The notes: a model not told the origin generated them from the sequence alone. A stretch of 64,000 nucleotides of DNA from Acidimicrobiia bacterium (GCA_009835395.1 VXXM01000041.1:2875-66874); one strand, 5' to 3'. Shown: positions 1-9,086, counted from the stretch's first letter. Program-made: numbers and translations.

Positions 1-651
1 ACCGCGCTGCCCGACGGCGCGCTGCTGGGCCACACCGCCGACGACCAGGCCGAGACCGTCCTGCTGAACCTGCTGCGGGGCGCCGGGCCGGCGGGCGTGG
101 CCGCCATGGCGCCCGAGCATCGCCGCCCTCTACTGGGCCTGCGCCGGGCCGACACGCTGGAGGTCTGCCGGTTGGCGGGGCTGACGCCGGTGCTGGACGA
201 GTCGAACCTGGATCCGGCGATCCGCCGCAACCGTGTGCGCCATGAGCTGATCCCGCTGCTGGAGGAGATCTTCGAGCGCGACGTCGCACCGCTGCTGTGC
301 CGCCACGCCGACCTGTCCCGCGAGGCCACCGAGGCGCTGGACGCGGCGGTCGCCGGCCTGGATCCCCGCGACTGCGCCACGCTGGCGGCGGCGCCCCGGG
401 CTCTGGCCCGCTGGGCCCTACGCCGCTGGATCACAGAGGGCGGCTGGATCACCGAGGCCCGCGGCCCCACCACCGGCGGCGAGCGGCACCCCCCCGACCT
501 GGCGGCGGTGGACCGGGCCCTGGCGGTGGCGCTGGGCGAGGCTCGGGCCGCCGAGGTGGGCGGCGGCTGGCGGGTGCGCCGCAGCGCGCAGCGCCTGCAC
601 TTGGAGCCGACCGCGAGCGGCTCCGCCGTCTGCCAGACTGACCCGCCATGA
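1..651 (+). CDS. tilS: tRNA(Ile)-lysidine synthase, C-terminal part (5' end outside window)
   Basis: Frame 1 is open from nt 1. The translation reads TALPDGALLGHTADDQAETVLLNLLRGAG...RPLLGLRRADTLEVC...DESNLDPAIRRNRVRHELIPLLE, typical of TilS. The stop overlaps the hpt start (ATGA at 648-651). Confidence 0.85.
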   Translation, partial: TALPDGALLGHTADDQAETVLLNLLRGAGPAGVAAMAPEHRRPLLGLRRADTLEVCRLAGLTPVLDESNLDPAIRRNRVRHELIPLLEEIFERDVAPLLCRHADLSREATEALDAAVAGLDPRDCATLAAAPRALARWALRRWITEGGWITEARGPTTGGERHPPDLAAVDRALAVALGEARAAEVGGGWRVRRSAQRLHLEPTASGSAVCQTDPP

Positions 652-1232
652 GCACCGCACCGCAACCCGACGGCACCTCGGGCAACGGGCTGAGCGCCCC
701 ACCGGGGCCCGAACTCATCGCCGCCGACGCCCTGCAGCAGCGCATCGTCGAGCTCGGCGCGGAGATCACCGCCGACTACGCCGGGCGCCGGCCGCTGCTG
801 GTGGGGGTGCTGAAGGGGGCGTTCATGTTCATGAGCGACCTGATCCGCCAGATCGACCTGCCCGTGGAGCTGGACTTCATGGCGGTGTCCTCCTACGGCG
901 CCTCCACGAAGACCAGCGGCGTCGTGCGCATCCTGAAGGACCTCGACGTGGACCTGGCCGGCCGCGACGTGCTCCTGGTGGAGGACATCGTGGACAGCGG
1001 TCTCACGCTGGCCTACCTGCGCGACCTGCTCATGGCCCGGGCGCCGGCGTCGCTGCAGGTGTGCGCCCTGCTTGTGCGCGAGGGCAGCCGTCCCAGCGCC
1101 GCCGAGCTGCGCTACGTGGGCTTCGAGGTTCCGCCCGAGTTCGTGATCGGCTACGGGTTGGACTTCGCCGAGCGTTACCGCAACCTGCCCTACATCTGCA
1201 TCTTCGACCAGAGCACCGCCGCGCTGGACTGA
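648..1232 (+). CDS. hpt: hypoxanthine-guanine phosphoribosyltransferase
   Basis: LLVGVLKGAFMFMSDLIRQI...ELDFMAVSSYG...VLLVEDIVDSGLTL (PRPP-binding motif). Size is about 194 aa, in the conserved position after tilS. Confidence 0.9.
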   Translation: MSTAPQPDGTSGNGLSAPPGPELIAADALQQRIVELGAEITADYAGRRPLLVGVLKGAFMFMSDLIRQIDLPVELDFMAVSSYGASTKTSGVVRILKDLDVDLAGRDVLLVEDIVDSGLTLAYLRDLLMARAPASLQVCALLVREGSRPSAAELRYVGFEVPPEFVIGYGLDFAERYRNLPYICIFDQSTAALD

Positions 1233-1307
1233 CGCCACGGGCCGAGCGGCGGGCATCCGCCGGTAGCCTGCGGGTCGAGCACAAGCCGAGACGGATCCGG
1301 TCCGAAC

Positions 1308-2138
1308 ATGGAGACGAAGGTCATGGGCGTGCTCCGCTTGGCGCCCCACGCGTTCGCCGACAACGGCCGGTCCCTCACGCGTGCGGCTGTGACCCGCGGC
1401 CGCCGCATGATCTCCGAAGGGGCGGACATCGTCGAAATCGCCTGCACGCCGCCCCCCGTCGAGTTCCCGCAGGCCGAGCAGGTGGCCAACGTCGTCGGGG
1501 CACTCTCCGGCGATGCGCGGGTGGCCGTCGCCACCGGGTCGCCGACCCTGGCAGCCGCGGCCACAGCGGCGGGCGCCACCCTCCTCTGTGACTACTCGAT
1601 GGTCCCGGGGGGTGCAGACGGCGCCGCCCGGGAGGAGTTGGTCGGCGTGGCGGCGGAGGCCGGCGCGGGCTGGGTGGCGGTGCACACTGCGGCCCCGGTG
1701 CAATCGGCGGACGGCGAGTCGGGCGCCGGCCGGGCCGTGGCCGGGGCGCTGGAGTCGCTCGAAGCGCAGGCCGAGGAGGCGAGCGCCGCAGGGCTGTCGG
1801 AGATCTACCTGGATCCCGGCATCGGCTGCGGGCGCTCCCACGAGGAGGACCTGGACCTGCTGAGCGGTCTGCAGCGGCTGGCGGGGCTCGGGCGGCCGCT
1901 GGTCGTGGGGACCGGCGACGGAAGCCTGATCGACGGGTTGCACGCCGCCGCCGACACCCGCCGCCTCCCGGTGCCCGAGGCGGCCGGCGAGCGCAACGCC
2001 GACCGTCTGGAGGGGGCGCTGGTGGTGGCGGTCTGGGCGATGCTGGCCGGCGCGGCCGTGCTCCGCACGCAGCACGTGGCCGCCACCGTGCAGGCGGCGA
2101 GGACCGTGGGCGCCCGCCGGCCGGTGGGGACGCCATGA
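1308..2138 (+). CDS. dihydropteroate-synthase-like (pterin-binding TIM barrel) protein, strongly divergent
   Basis: The overall FolP pattern is present (VMGVL..., ...GADIVEI..., LDPGIGCGRS, LVVGTG..., LRTQHV). Several residues that I recall as conserved in E. coli FolP are replaced: LNVTPDSFSD -> LRLAPHAFAD, GGESTRPG -> ACTPPPVE, SRK -> GDG. Confidence 0.6.
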   Translation: METKVMGVLRLAPHAFADNGRSLTRAAVTRGRRMISEGADIVEIACTPPPVEFPQAEQVANVVGALSGDARVAVATGSPTLAAAATAAGATLLCDYSMVPGGADGAAREELVGVAAEAGAGWVAVHTAAPVQSADGESGAGRAVAGALESLEAQAEEASAAGLSEIYLDPGIGCGRSHEEDLDLLSGLQRLAGLGRPLVVGTGDGSLIDGLHAAADTRRLPVPEAAGERNADRLEGALVVAVWAMLAGAAVLRTQHVAATVQAARTVGARRPVGTP

Positions 2139-2755
2139 GGGGGCGCTGGGCGGACGGCATCCAGCCCCGGAACCTCATCTGGGTGGTGAAGGACTTGCTC
2201 GCGATCTGCGAACGCCCCGGCGGCTACGGAGCCAACCATCGGGCGGTGCGGCGCACCGAGGAGATCATCTGGATCCGCCGCCACGACTTCGACTGCATCG
2301 TGTCGCTGCTGTCGGGCCCGCACAACCTCCACAGCTACGAAGAACACGAGATGCCCTACCTGCACCTGCCGCTCGGCGACGCCGCCGATGTGGCCGCGAC
2401 GCTGGCCGCCTTCGAGGAGATCACGCGCCGTGTCGAGGCGGGGGAGCGCCTGCTGGTGCACCACGAGCGCGTCGACGACACCCTCGCCGGGTTCCTCGCC
2501 GGCTACTGGCTGTGGAGGGGCCGCTACCGCGACGTGCCGTCGGCCCTGCATGCCACCGAGCGGCTGCTGCGGCGCCCCATCGGCCAGCGTGGCCGCGAGA
2601 CCGTGCTGGCCATCGCCGGCACCGGCCTGACCCGCGGCACCGCCCCGACCGCCGGCGAACCCGGCGAACCCGCCGGCGAGCCCGCCCCGGGCGACGCGGG
2701 CGCCGGCGTCGAGGAGCCGCCGGCGACGCCCGCCTGGCGGACCGGTGACCGGTGA
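2135..2755 (+). CDS. dual-specificity-phosphatase-fold protein lacking the HCxxGxxR catalytic loop (putative pseudo-phosphatase)
   Basis: DSP-like layout: LLAICERPG..., CIVSLL, YLHLPLGD, then LLVHHERVDDTLAGFLAGY where VHCxAGxGRTG is expected. Pro/Gly/Glu-rich tail. ATGA overlap with the upstream gene and GTGA overlap with folK. Confidence 0.45.
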   Translation: MRGRWADGIQPRNLIWVVKDLLAICERPGGYGANHRAVRRTEEIIWIRRHDFDCIVSLLSGPHNLHSYEEHEMPYLHLPLGDAADVAATLAAFEEITRRVEAGERLLVHHERVDDTLAGFLAGYWLWRGRYRDVPSALHATERLLRRPIGQRGRETVLAIAGTGLTRGTAPTAGEPGEPAGEPAPGDAGAGVEEPPATPAWRTGDR

Positions 2756-3207
2756 GACGGGCCTTCCTGGCGCTGGGCTCCAACCTGGGCGACCGGCGAG
2801 CCCTGCTGACGGCGGCGGTCGCCGGGCTGGACGACGTGGTGGCGGTGTCGCCGGTCTACGAGACCGACCCGCTGGGCCCCCCAGGCCAGGGCCCCTATCT
2901 CAACATCGTGGTGGAGCTCCGCACCGAGCGCTCCGCCCGAGAGCTGCTGAAGGCGGCGCTCGAGTTGGAGGCCGCCGCCGGGCGGCGCCGTCGCGTCCGC
3001 TGGGGGCCGCGCACCCTGGACGTGGACGTGCTGTGGGTGGAGGGCGAGACCGTCGATGATCCCGACCTCAGCGTTCCCCATCCGCGCATGCACGAGCGGG
3101 CCTTCGTGATGGTGCCCCTCGGCGATCTGGCCCCCGAACTGGCCCCGGGCTGGCAACTCGACGGCGCTGAGGGCGTGCGCCGCGCCGGCGAGTTGGGCGG
3201 CGCCTGA
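2752..3207 (+). CDS. folK: 2-amino-4-hydroxy-6-hydroxymethyldihydropteridine pyrophosphokinase
   Basis: AFLALGSNLGDR...VSPVYETDPLG...GPRTLDVDVL...VPHPRMHERAFVMVPL, canonical HPPK motifs. Confidence 0.9.
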   Translation: MRRAFLALGSNLGDRRALLTAAVAGLDDVVAVSPVYETDPLGPPGQGPYLNIVVELRTERSARELLKAALELEAAAGRRRRVRWGPRTLDVDVLWVEGETVDDPDLSVPHPRMHERAFVMVPLGDLAPELAPGWQLDGAEGVRRAGELGGA

Positions 3208-3215
3208 GCCGGCCG

Positions 3216-4082
3216 TTGAGCGACGTCCGCCTGCTCCGGACGGTTGCGGACGCGCGGGCGTTCTGCGAGGCGGCCCGCGGCCGGGGCGCGGTCGTCGGCC
3301 TGGTCCCCACCATGGGGGCGCTGCACGAGGGGCACCTCAGCCTGCTGCGCCGCTCGGTCGCCGAGACCGGCGTGACCGTCGTGTCGATCTTCGTGAACCC
3401 GCTGCAGTTCGGCCCCGGCGAGGACCTCGAGGCGTATCCCCGGGGATTCGAGGACGACGTGCGGCTCTGCGCCGCCGAGGGCGCCGCGGCGGTGTTCGCC
3501 CCGGGCGCCGTCGAGATGTACCCGGCGCCCCCGGTGACCAGCCTGGACTTCGGGGAGTTGTCGGCGCCCCTGGAGGGCGTCCACCGGCCCGGGCACCTCG
3601 GCGGGGTGGGCGTGGTGGTGGCGAAGCTGTTCGCCATCGTCGGCGCGTGCCGCGCCTACTTCGGCGAGAAGGACTGGCAGCAGCTGGCGGTGGTGCGGCG
3701 CCTGGCGGCCGATCTGTCGCTGCCCGTCGACGTCGTGGGCTGCCCCACCGTGCGCGAGCCCGACGGCCTGGCCCTGTCGAGCCGCAACGCCTACCTCGGC
3801 GCCGCCGAGCGGGCCGCGGCGGCGGTGCTGCAGCGGTCGCTGCGGGCCGGCGCGGCGCTCATCGCGGCGGGAGAGCGACGCACCGGGGCGGTCGAGGCGG
3901 CGATGGCCGAGGTCCTGGCGTCGGAGCCCCTGCTGGGCCCCGTGGACTACGCCTGCGTCGTGGACGCCGCCACGCTGCAGGGGCGGGAACCGCTTGCCGG
4001 CGAACTGCGGCTGCTGGTGGCCGCGCATCTCGGAGGCGCCCGCCTGATCGACAACCTCGGCGCCACCGCCCCGTCGCCGTAA
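3216..4082 (+). CDS. panC: pantoate--beta-alanine ligase
   Basis: VGLVPTMGALHEGHLSLLRRS...VVSIFVNPLQFGPGEDLEAYPR...FGEKDWQQL...LALSSRN. TTG start. Confidence 0.9.
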   Translation: MSDVRLLRTVADARAFCEAARGRGAVVGLVPTMGALHEGHLSLLRRSVAETGVTVVSIFVNPLQFGPGEDLEAYPRGFEDDVRLCAAEGAAAVFAPGAVEMYPAPPVTSLDFGELSAPLEGVHRPGHLGGVGVVVAKLFAIVGACRAYFGEKDWQQLAVVRRLAADLSLPVDVVGCPTVREPDGLALSSRNAYLGAAERAAAAVLQRSLRAGAALIAAGERRTGAVEAAMAEVLASEPLLGPVDYACVVDAATLQGREPLAGELRLLVAAHLGGARLIDNLGATAPSP

Positions 4083-4138
4083 CCTGCGGGTACGCCCGCC
4101 CGCCCCACCAGCCGGCCCCACCAGCCAGAGGCACGCTC

Positions 4139-5587
4139 GTGACCGACCGCAGGGACATCCCCTACCGCTTCGAGCCGACCGACACGGCGGCGCAGCTCCA
4201 CGCGGCCCACGGCGGGTTGGCCGCCGGTGATTCTTCCGGGGTGCAGGCCACCGTGGCCGGGCGGCTCATGCTGCGCCGGGTGCAGGGCAGGCTCTGCTTC
4301 GGAACGCTCGACGACGCCAGCGGCGAGCGCATCCAGCTCTTCGCCCCGGCCGCCGCCACACCCGACTACGAGGAGTTCTGCGCGCTGTCCATCGGCGACT
4401 GGGTCGGCGCCACCGGCGAGGTCATGAAGACCCGCCGGGGCGAGCTGTCGGTGCAGGTGGGGGACTGGCGACTGCTGGCCGAGGCGCGCCGGCCCTTCCC
4501 CGACAAGTGGCACGGCATGGCCGACACCGACACCCGCTACCGGCAGCGCTACGTCGACCTGTGGGTCACGCCGGCGACCCGCCGGACATTCGAGGTCCGT
4601 AGCGCGGCGGTGGCGGCGATCCGCGCCGAGCTTGCCGCCCGGGACTTCACCGAGGTGGAGACGCCGATGCTGCACCCCATCCCGGGCGGGGCGGCCGCAC
4701 GACCCTTCGTCACCCATCACAACGCCCTGGACTGCGACTTCTACCTGCGGGTCGCCCCCGAGCTGTACCTGAAGCGGCTGATCGTGGGCGGCCTGCCCCG
4801 CGTCTTCGAGCTGGGGAGGATCTTCCGCAACGAGGGCCTGTCGCCCCGCCACAGTCCCGAGTTCACCATGCTCGAGCTCTACCAGGCCTACGCCGACTAC
4901 ACCGACATGATGGTCCTCATCGAGGAGCTGAGCGCCGCCGCGGCCGCCGCCGCCACCGGAAGCACCGAGATCAGCGCCGGCGAGGGCAGCTTGGACCTGG
5001 CCCCGCCGTGGCGCCGTGCCACGATGGCCGAAGTGGTCTCGGAGTTCGCCGGGCGCGAGCTGCCGGTCACCGGCCCCCCTGGCAGCCCTGCCGCAGCCGA
5101 CCTGCGCGGCGAGGCCGACCGCCTGGAGGTGGCCACCGAGGCGGGCTGGTCGGCGGGGCGCATCCTGGCGGAGATCTACGAGCGCCGGGTCGAGTCGGAG
5201 CTGCAGGGCCCGCTGTTCGTGTGCGACTTCCCGCTGGAGGTGTCGCCGCTGGCGCGCCGCCATCGCCGCCTCGACGGCCTGGCGGAGCGATTCGAGGCGG
5301 TGGTCGCCGGGCGGGAGCTGGGCAACGCCTTCACCGAGCTGGCGGACCCCGACGAGCAGCGCAGCCGCTTCGCCGACCAGGAGCACCGCCGGCGCGGCGG
5401 GGACAGCGAGGCCATGACCAACGACGAGGACTACCTGCGGGCCCTGTCGTACGGGCTGCCGCCCACCGGGGGCCTCGGCCTCGGCATCGACCGCCTGGTC
5501 ATGCTGCTGTGCGGCGCCGAGACGATCCGCGACGTGGTGCTCTTCCCCACGCTGCGTCCCGAGGCCGGAACCGCCGGAGACTCCTAG
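4139..5587 (+). CDS. lysS: lysine--tRNA ligase (class II)
   Basis: OB-fold N-terminus (VAGRLMLRRVQGRLCFGTLDDASGERIQLF), then class II motifs (RYRQRYVDLW, FTEVETPMLH, FRNEGLSPRHSPEFTMLE, GLGIDRLVMLL). GTG at 4139 was chosen because the upstream part of the 3647 ORF overlaps panC and is Arg/Gly junk. Confidence 0.9.
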   Translation: MTDRRDIPYRFEPTDTAAQLHAAHGGLAAGDSSGVQATVAGRLMLRRVQGRLCFGTLDDASGERIQLFAPAAATPDYEEFCALSIGDWVGATGEVMKTRRGELSVQVGDWRLLAEARRPFPDKWHGMADTDTRYRQRYVDLWVTPATRRTFEVRSAAVAAIRAELAARDFTEVETPMLHPIPGGAAARPFVTHHNALDCDFYLRVAPELYLKRLIVGGLPRVFELGRIFRNEGLSPRHSPEFTMLELYQAYADYTDMMVLIEELSAAAAAAATGSTEISAGEGSLDLAPPWRRATMAEVVSEFAGRELPVTGPPGSPAAADLRGEADRLEVATEAGWSAGRILAEIYERRVESELQGPLFVCDFPLEVSPLARRHRRLDGLAERFEAVVAGRELGNAFTELADPDEQRSRFADQEHRRRGGDSEAMTNDEDYLRALSYGLPPTGGLGLGIDRLVMLLCGAETIRDVVLFPTLRPEAGTAGDS

Positions 5588-5589
5588 CC

Positions 5590-6429
5590 GTGCTGCTGGC
5601 CATCGACGTGGGGAACACCCAGACGGTTCTGGGGCTCTACGAGCTGGGCGATCCGGCAAGCCTGGAGAGCGCCGAGGGCGGGCTGGTGGGCCACTGGCGG
5701 GCGGCCACCAACGGCGAGGCCACCGCCGACGAGTTGGCGGTTCTGATCGACGGGTTCCTGGCGGTCGAGCGCTGGGAGTTGCTCGGCCACGTGTCGGGCG
5801 TGGCCGTGGCCTCCGGCGTGCCGCGGGTCACCGCCGCGCTGCGGGAGTTCGTGGCGCACTACTTCGACTTCGACCCGGTCGTGATCGAGCCCGGCGTGCG
5901 CAGCGGCATCCCCATCCGCTACGACGACCCGCGCGAGGTGGGTGCCGACCGCATCGCCAATGCGGTCGGCGCGGTGGCGCTCTACGGCGGGCCGACGATC
6001 GTCGTGGACTTCGGCACCGGCACCACCTTCGACGTGATCGGTTCGGCGTGCGAGTACCTGGGCGGCGTCATCTCGCCGGGCGTCGAGATCAGCCTCGAGG
6101 CGCTGTTCGAGCGGGCGGCCGCACTGCGGTCGGTGGAGTTGACCCCGCCCCGGAACGTCATCGGCACCAGCACCGCCGAATCGCTGCAGTCGGGCGCCAT
6201 CTACGGCTACGCCGCGCAGGTGGACGGCCTGTGCCGGCGCATCATGGCCGAGATCGGCGAGGCCACCGTCGTGGGGACCGGCGGGCTGGCCGACCTGATC
6301 GCGCCCCACACGGACTGCATCCGCCACGTGCAGCCGTGGCTCACCCTGCACGGGCTGCGGATCGTCTGGCACAAGAACGTCGAGGGTCACCCCGACGCCG
6401 GTTCGGGTGACCGGGCGAGGGGCGGCTAG
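5590..6429 (+). CDS. coaX: type III pantothenate kinase
   Basis: LLAIDVGNTQTVLGLY...VVDFGTGTTFDV...GGVISPG...GTGGLA. GTG start 3 nt after the lysS stop. Confidence 0.85.
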   Translation: MLLAIDVGNTQTVLGLYELGDPASLESAEGGLVGHWRAATNGEATADELAVLIDGFLAVERWELLGHVSGVAVASGVPRVTAALREFVAHYFDFDPVVIEPGVRSGIPIRYDDPREVGADRIANAVGAVALYGGPTIVVDFGTGTTFDVIGSACEYLGGVISPGVEISLEALFERAAALRSVELTPPRNVIGTSTAESLQSGAIYGYAAQVDGLCRRIMAEIGEATVVGTGGLADLIAPHTDCIRHVQPWLTLHGLRIVWHKNVEGHPDAGSGDRARGG

Positions 6430-7217
6430 TGGCCCGGAGCCGCACGGAGCGGTTCGTCACCGGCCGCCTCGACGGCGGGTCGGTCCGCCGCGAGCCCGAC
6501 ACCCTCATCGTGGAGGAGCCCCTCTCGATCCGCCTAGACGACGTGCTCGTCGCCACCACGATGCGCACCCCGGGACACGACTTCGAGCTGGCGGCGGGGT
6601 TCTGCCACGCCGAGGGCTGGCTCGACGGCGCCGCCATCCGCCGCATCCGCTACTGCGGCGAGGGTCCGCCGGTGGAGTCGGAGTTCAACGTGGTGTCGGT
6701 GGAGACCGACGGGAAGGGGCCGCCGCCGGCCCCCCGGCTGGGCATCACCTCCTCGGCCTGCGGCATCTGCGGCAGCGAGGCCGTGGAACGGCTGGCCGAG
6801 ACGCTGGCGCCGCTGCCGGAGGCCGAGCGATTCGAGCCCGCCACTCTCGCCGAGTTACCCGACCGCATGCGTGACCTGCAGGACCTGTTCGACGCCACCG
6901 GCGCGGTGCACGCCGCCGGGGCCGCCGACCGCTCCGGGAAGCCGCTGCTGGTGCGGGAGGACATCGGCCGGCACAACGCCGTGGACAAGGTGGTGGGCCG
7001 CCTGCTGCTGGACGGGGCGCTGCCGGCGACCTCGCTGTGCCTCTACGTGAGCGGTCGGGCCTCCTTCGAGATGGCCCAGAAGGCCTGGGCGGCGGGGTTC
7101 AGCGCCCTCGTGGCGGTGAGCGCGCCGTCGGCGCTGGCCGTGCAGACCGCCCGCAGCGCCGGCCTGCAGCTCGGCGGCTTCGCCCGCGACGGCACGGTCC
7201 GCATCTACGCCGACTGA
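6429..7217 (+). CDS. fdhD: formate dehydrogenase accessory sulfurtransferase FdhD
   Basis: TPGHDFELAAGFCHAEG...SSACGICGS...GRHNAVDKVVG...SGRASFEMAQKAWAAGFSALVAVSAPSALAV. No formate dehydrogenase gene is in the window. Confidence 0.85.
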   Translation: MARSRTERFVTGRLDGGSVRREPDTLIVEEPLSIRLDDVLVATTMRTPGHDFELAAGFCHAEGWLDGAAIRRIRYCGEGPPVESEFNVVSVETDGKGPPPAPRLGITSSACGICGSEAVERLAETLAPLPEAERFEPATLAELPDRMRDLQDLFDATGAVHAAGAADRSGKPLLVREDIGRHNAVDKVVGRLLLDGALPATSLCLYVSGRASFEMAQKAWAAGFSALVAVSAPSALAVQTARSAGLQLGGFARDGTVRIYAD

Positions 7218-7224
7218 CCCGCGG

Positions 7225-7312
7225 TCCGTCCGGGTGGGGGCCGGGGTGCCGTTCGCTCCTTCGCGCGGGCGCAAGGCGTCGCGAATCGGCCCCCCGTCCC
7301 CCACCCTCGGTT
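7225..7312 (+). repeat. copy 1 of an ~88-bp intergenic repeat (core GCTCCTTCGCGCGGGCGCAAGGCGTCGC)
   Basis: Aligns by eye with 40368-40455. The 28-nt core is identical and the G/C-rich flanks are similar (GTCCGG..GGGGGC....CGGCCCCC....CCCTCGGTT). It begins 8 nt after the fdhD stop. Confidence 0.7.
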
Positions 7313-7353
7313 TCGCGGTCCGGCCGGGCGGGGGCCGCCGGTAGCCTCGGCCC

Positions 7354-8082
7354 ATGTCCGGTCCTGCTGGTAGCGAGCGCGCGCCCGAGCCGGTCACGCC
7401 CAGCGTGGGGCTCGGTGTGCTGCATCTCTTCTACCGGCTGGGCGACGGCTGGCGCGGTGAGACCGTGGTGGAGAGTGTGCGGGCGGCCGCGGAGCGGGGG
7501 ACCCAGGTCGTGGCGGTGGCAATCCTCGGGCACAAGGCGGATCTGGGCTTTATGGCGTTGGACGCCGACCTGTGGAACCTGCGCCTGCTTCAGCGGGATC
7601 TGGCGGCGACGGGGCTCGAGGCGGTGGCTTCGTACGTGTCGCTCACCGAGGTCTCCGAGTACGCCGCCGGTGTGCCCGAGGAGTTGAAGCAGCACCGTCT
7701 CTACCCGCAACTGCCGCCGCCGGGCAAGCCGGCTTGGTGCTTCTACCCCATGTCCAAGCGCCGCGGCGAGCAGCACAACTGGTTCACGCTGCCCTTCGAG
7801 GAGCGCCGGGAGCTGATGCACGAACACGGGTCCTCGGGGCGCAACTTCTCGGGCCGCGTGCTGCAGGTGGTCACCGGCTCGACGGGCATCGACGACTTCG
7901 AGTGGGGCGTCACGCTCTTCGCCGCACGGCCCGATGATCTGAAGGACGTCGTCTACACGCTGCGCTACGACCGGGCCTCGGCGATCTACGCCGAGTTCGG
8001 CCCGTTCTACGTCGGGATGGTGACCCCGCTGGAGGACCTGGTGTCCCTGCTGGCCGCGCCCGGCCCCGACGGTCCGTCCTGA
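7354..8082 (+). CDS. hemQ: coproheme decarboxylase / chlorite-dismutase-family protein
   Basis: LHLFYRL...CFYPMSKRRGEQHNWFTLPFEERRELMHEHG...TGSTGIDDFEWGVTLFA...YTLRYD..SAIYAEFGPFYVG. Confidence 0.85.
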   Translation: MSGPAGSERAPEPVTPSVGLGVLHLFYRLGDGWRGETVVESVRAAAERGTQVVAVAILGHKADLGFMALDADLWNLRLLQRDLAATGLEAVASYVSLTEVSEYAAGVPEELKQHRLYPQLPPPGKPAWCFYPMSKRRGEQHNWFTLPFEERRELMHEHGSSGRNFSGRVLQVVTGSTGIDDFEWGVTLFAARPDDLKDVVYTLRYDRASAIYAEFGPFYVGMVTPLEDLVSLLAAPGPDGPS

Positions 8083-8201
8083 CGGCCCGCGCGCCGGGGA
8101 GATTGCCGCAGGCCCCGCGGGTACGGTCGCTGTAGCCTGCTGGCGGGGCGACGGGCCGGCGCAGGGACAGCCGGCCGGCGCAGGGACGGGCGAGGAGCAC
8201 C

Positions 8202-9086
8202 GTGACCGAGATCCGGACAGCCGGCACCGCAGACACCGCCGTCGCCGGACGGCTCGCCTCCCTGCGGGCGCTGCTGACCGAGGCCGCCCCGGTCGTGGTG
8301 GCCTTCAGCGGCGGGGTGGACTCGTCGCTGCTGGCCTGGGTCGCCAACGACGAGCTCGGGTCGCAGCAGGCCCACGCCGTCACCGCCGTCTCACCCTCCC
8401 TGGCGGAGGTTGAGCGCCAAGAGGCCCGCCGCCTGGCCGAGTCCTGGGGCCTGCGCCACAGTGAGGTGGAGACCCTCGAGATGGAGCGCGCCGCCTACCG
8501 CCTCAACGACGCACTCCGCTGCGCCCACTGCAAGGACGCTCTCATGGACGCCCTCGAGCCGCTGGCCACTGCCGAGGGGGCCACCGTCACCCTCGGCGTG
8601 AACCTCGACGACCTGGGTGATCACCGCCCCGGCGTGGACGCCTCGGCAAGCCGTGGCGCCCGCTTCCCCCTGGTGGAGGCCGGATTCACCAAGGAGGACG
8701 TGCGGGCCGCCGCCCAGCTGCTCGCCCTGGAGGTCTGGGACAAGCCGGCGGCGCCGTGCCTGGCGTCGCGGCTGCCCTACGGCACGCCGGTGTCGGCGCC
8801 GGTGCTGCGCACCGTCGGCAAGGCCGAAGCCGCCCTGGCGAGCCTGGGGTTCGAGGAGCTCCGCGTGCGCCACTACGACGATCTGGCGCGCATCGAGGTG
8901 CCACCGGATCGGCTGGGCGACGTCGTGGCCGCCCGAGCCGCAGTCGTGGCCGCCGTACGGGCAGCCGGCTACAGCTACGTGACCCTCGACCTCGAGGGCC
9001 TGCGTTCGGGCAACCTCAACGCCGCCCTCGGCGAGGCGGCGGGCGCCGTCACCGCCGCCGGCAACGCGGCCGACAACTCGGGTTGA
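8202..9086 (+). CDS. PP-loop ATP-utilising enzyme, LarE-like sulfur transferase family
   Basis: PP-loop VVAFSGGVDSSLLA. Downstream PAAPCLASRLPYG motif (LarE-type Cys) and ...LRVRHYDDLARIEV. Confidence 0.7.
   Translation: MTEIRTAGTADTAVAGRLASLRALLTEAAPVVVAFSGGVDSSLLAWVANDELGSQQAHAVTAVSPSLAEVERQEARRLAESWGLRHSEVETLEMERAAYRLNDALRCAHCKDALMDALEPLATAEGATVTLGVNLDDLGDHRPGVDASASRGARFPLVEAGFTKEDVRAAAQLLALEVWDKPAAPCLASRLPYGTPVSAPVLRTVGKAEAALASLGFEELRVRHYDDLARIEVPPDRLGDVVAARAAVVAAVRAAGYSYVTLDLEGLRSGNLNAALGEAAGAVTAAGNAADNSG

Noticed and set aside
3647-4138. N-terminal 164-aa extension of the lysS ORF (ORF track start 3647)
   Set aside because: It overlaps panC in another frame and is Arg/Gly/Ala junk. 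The LysRS homology begins only after GTG 4139.
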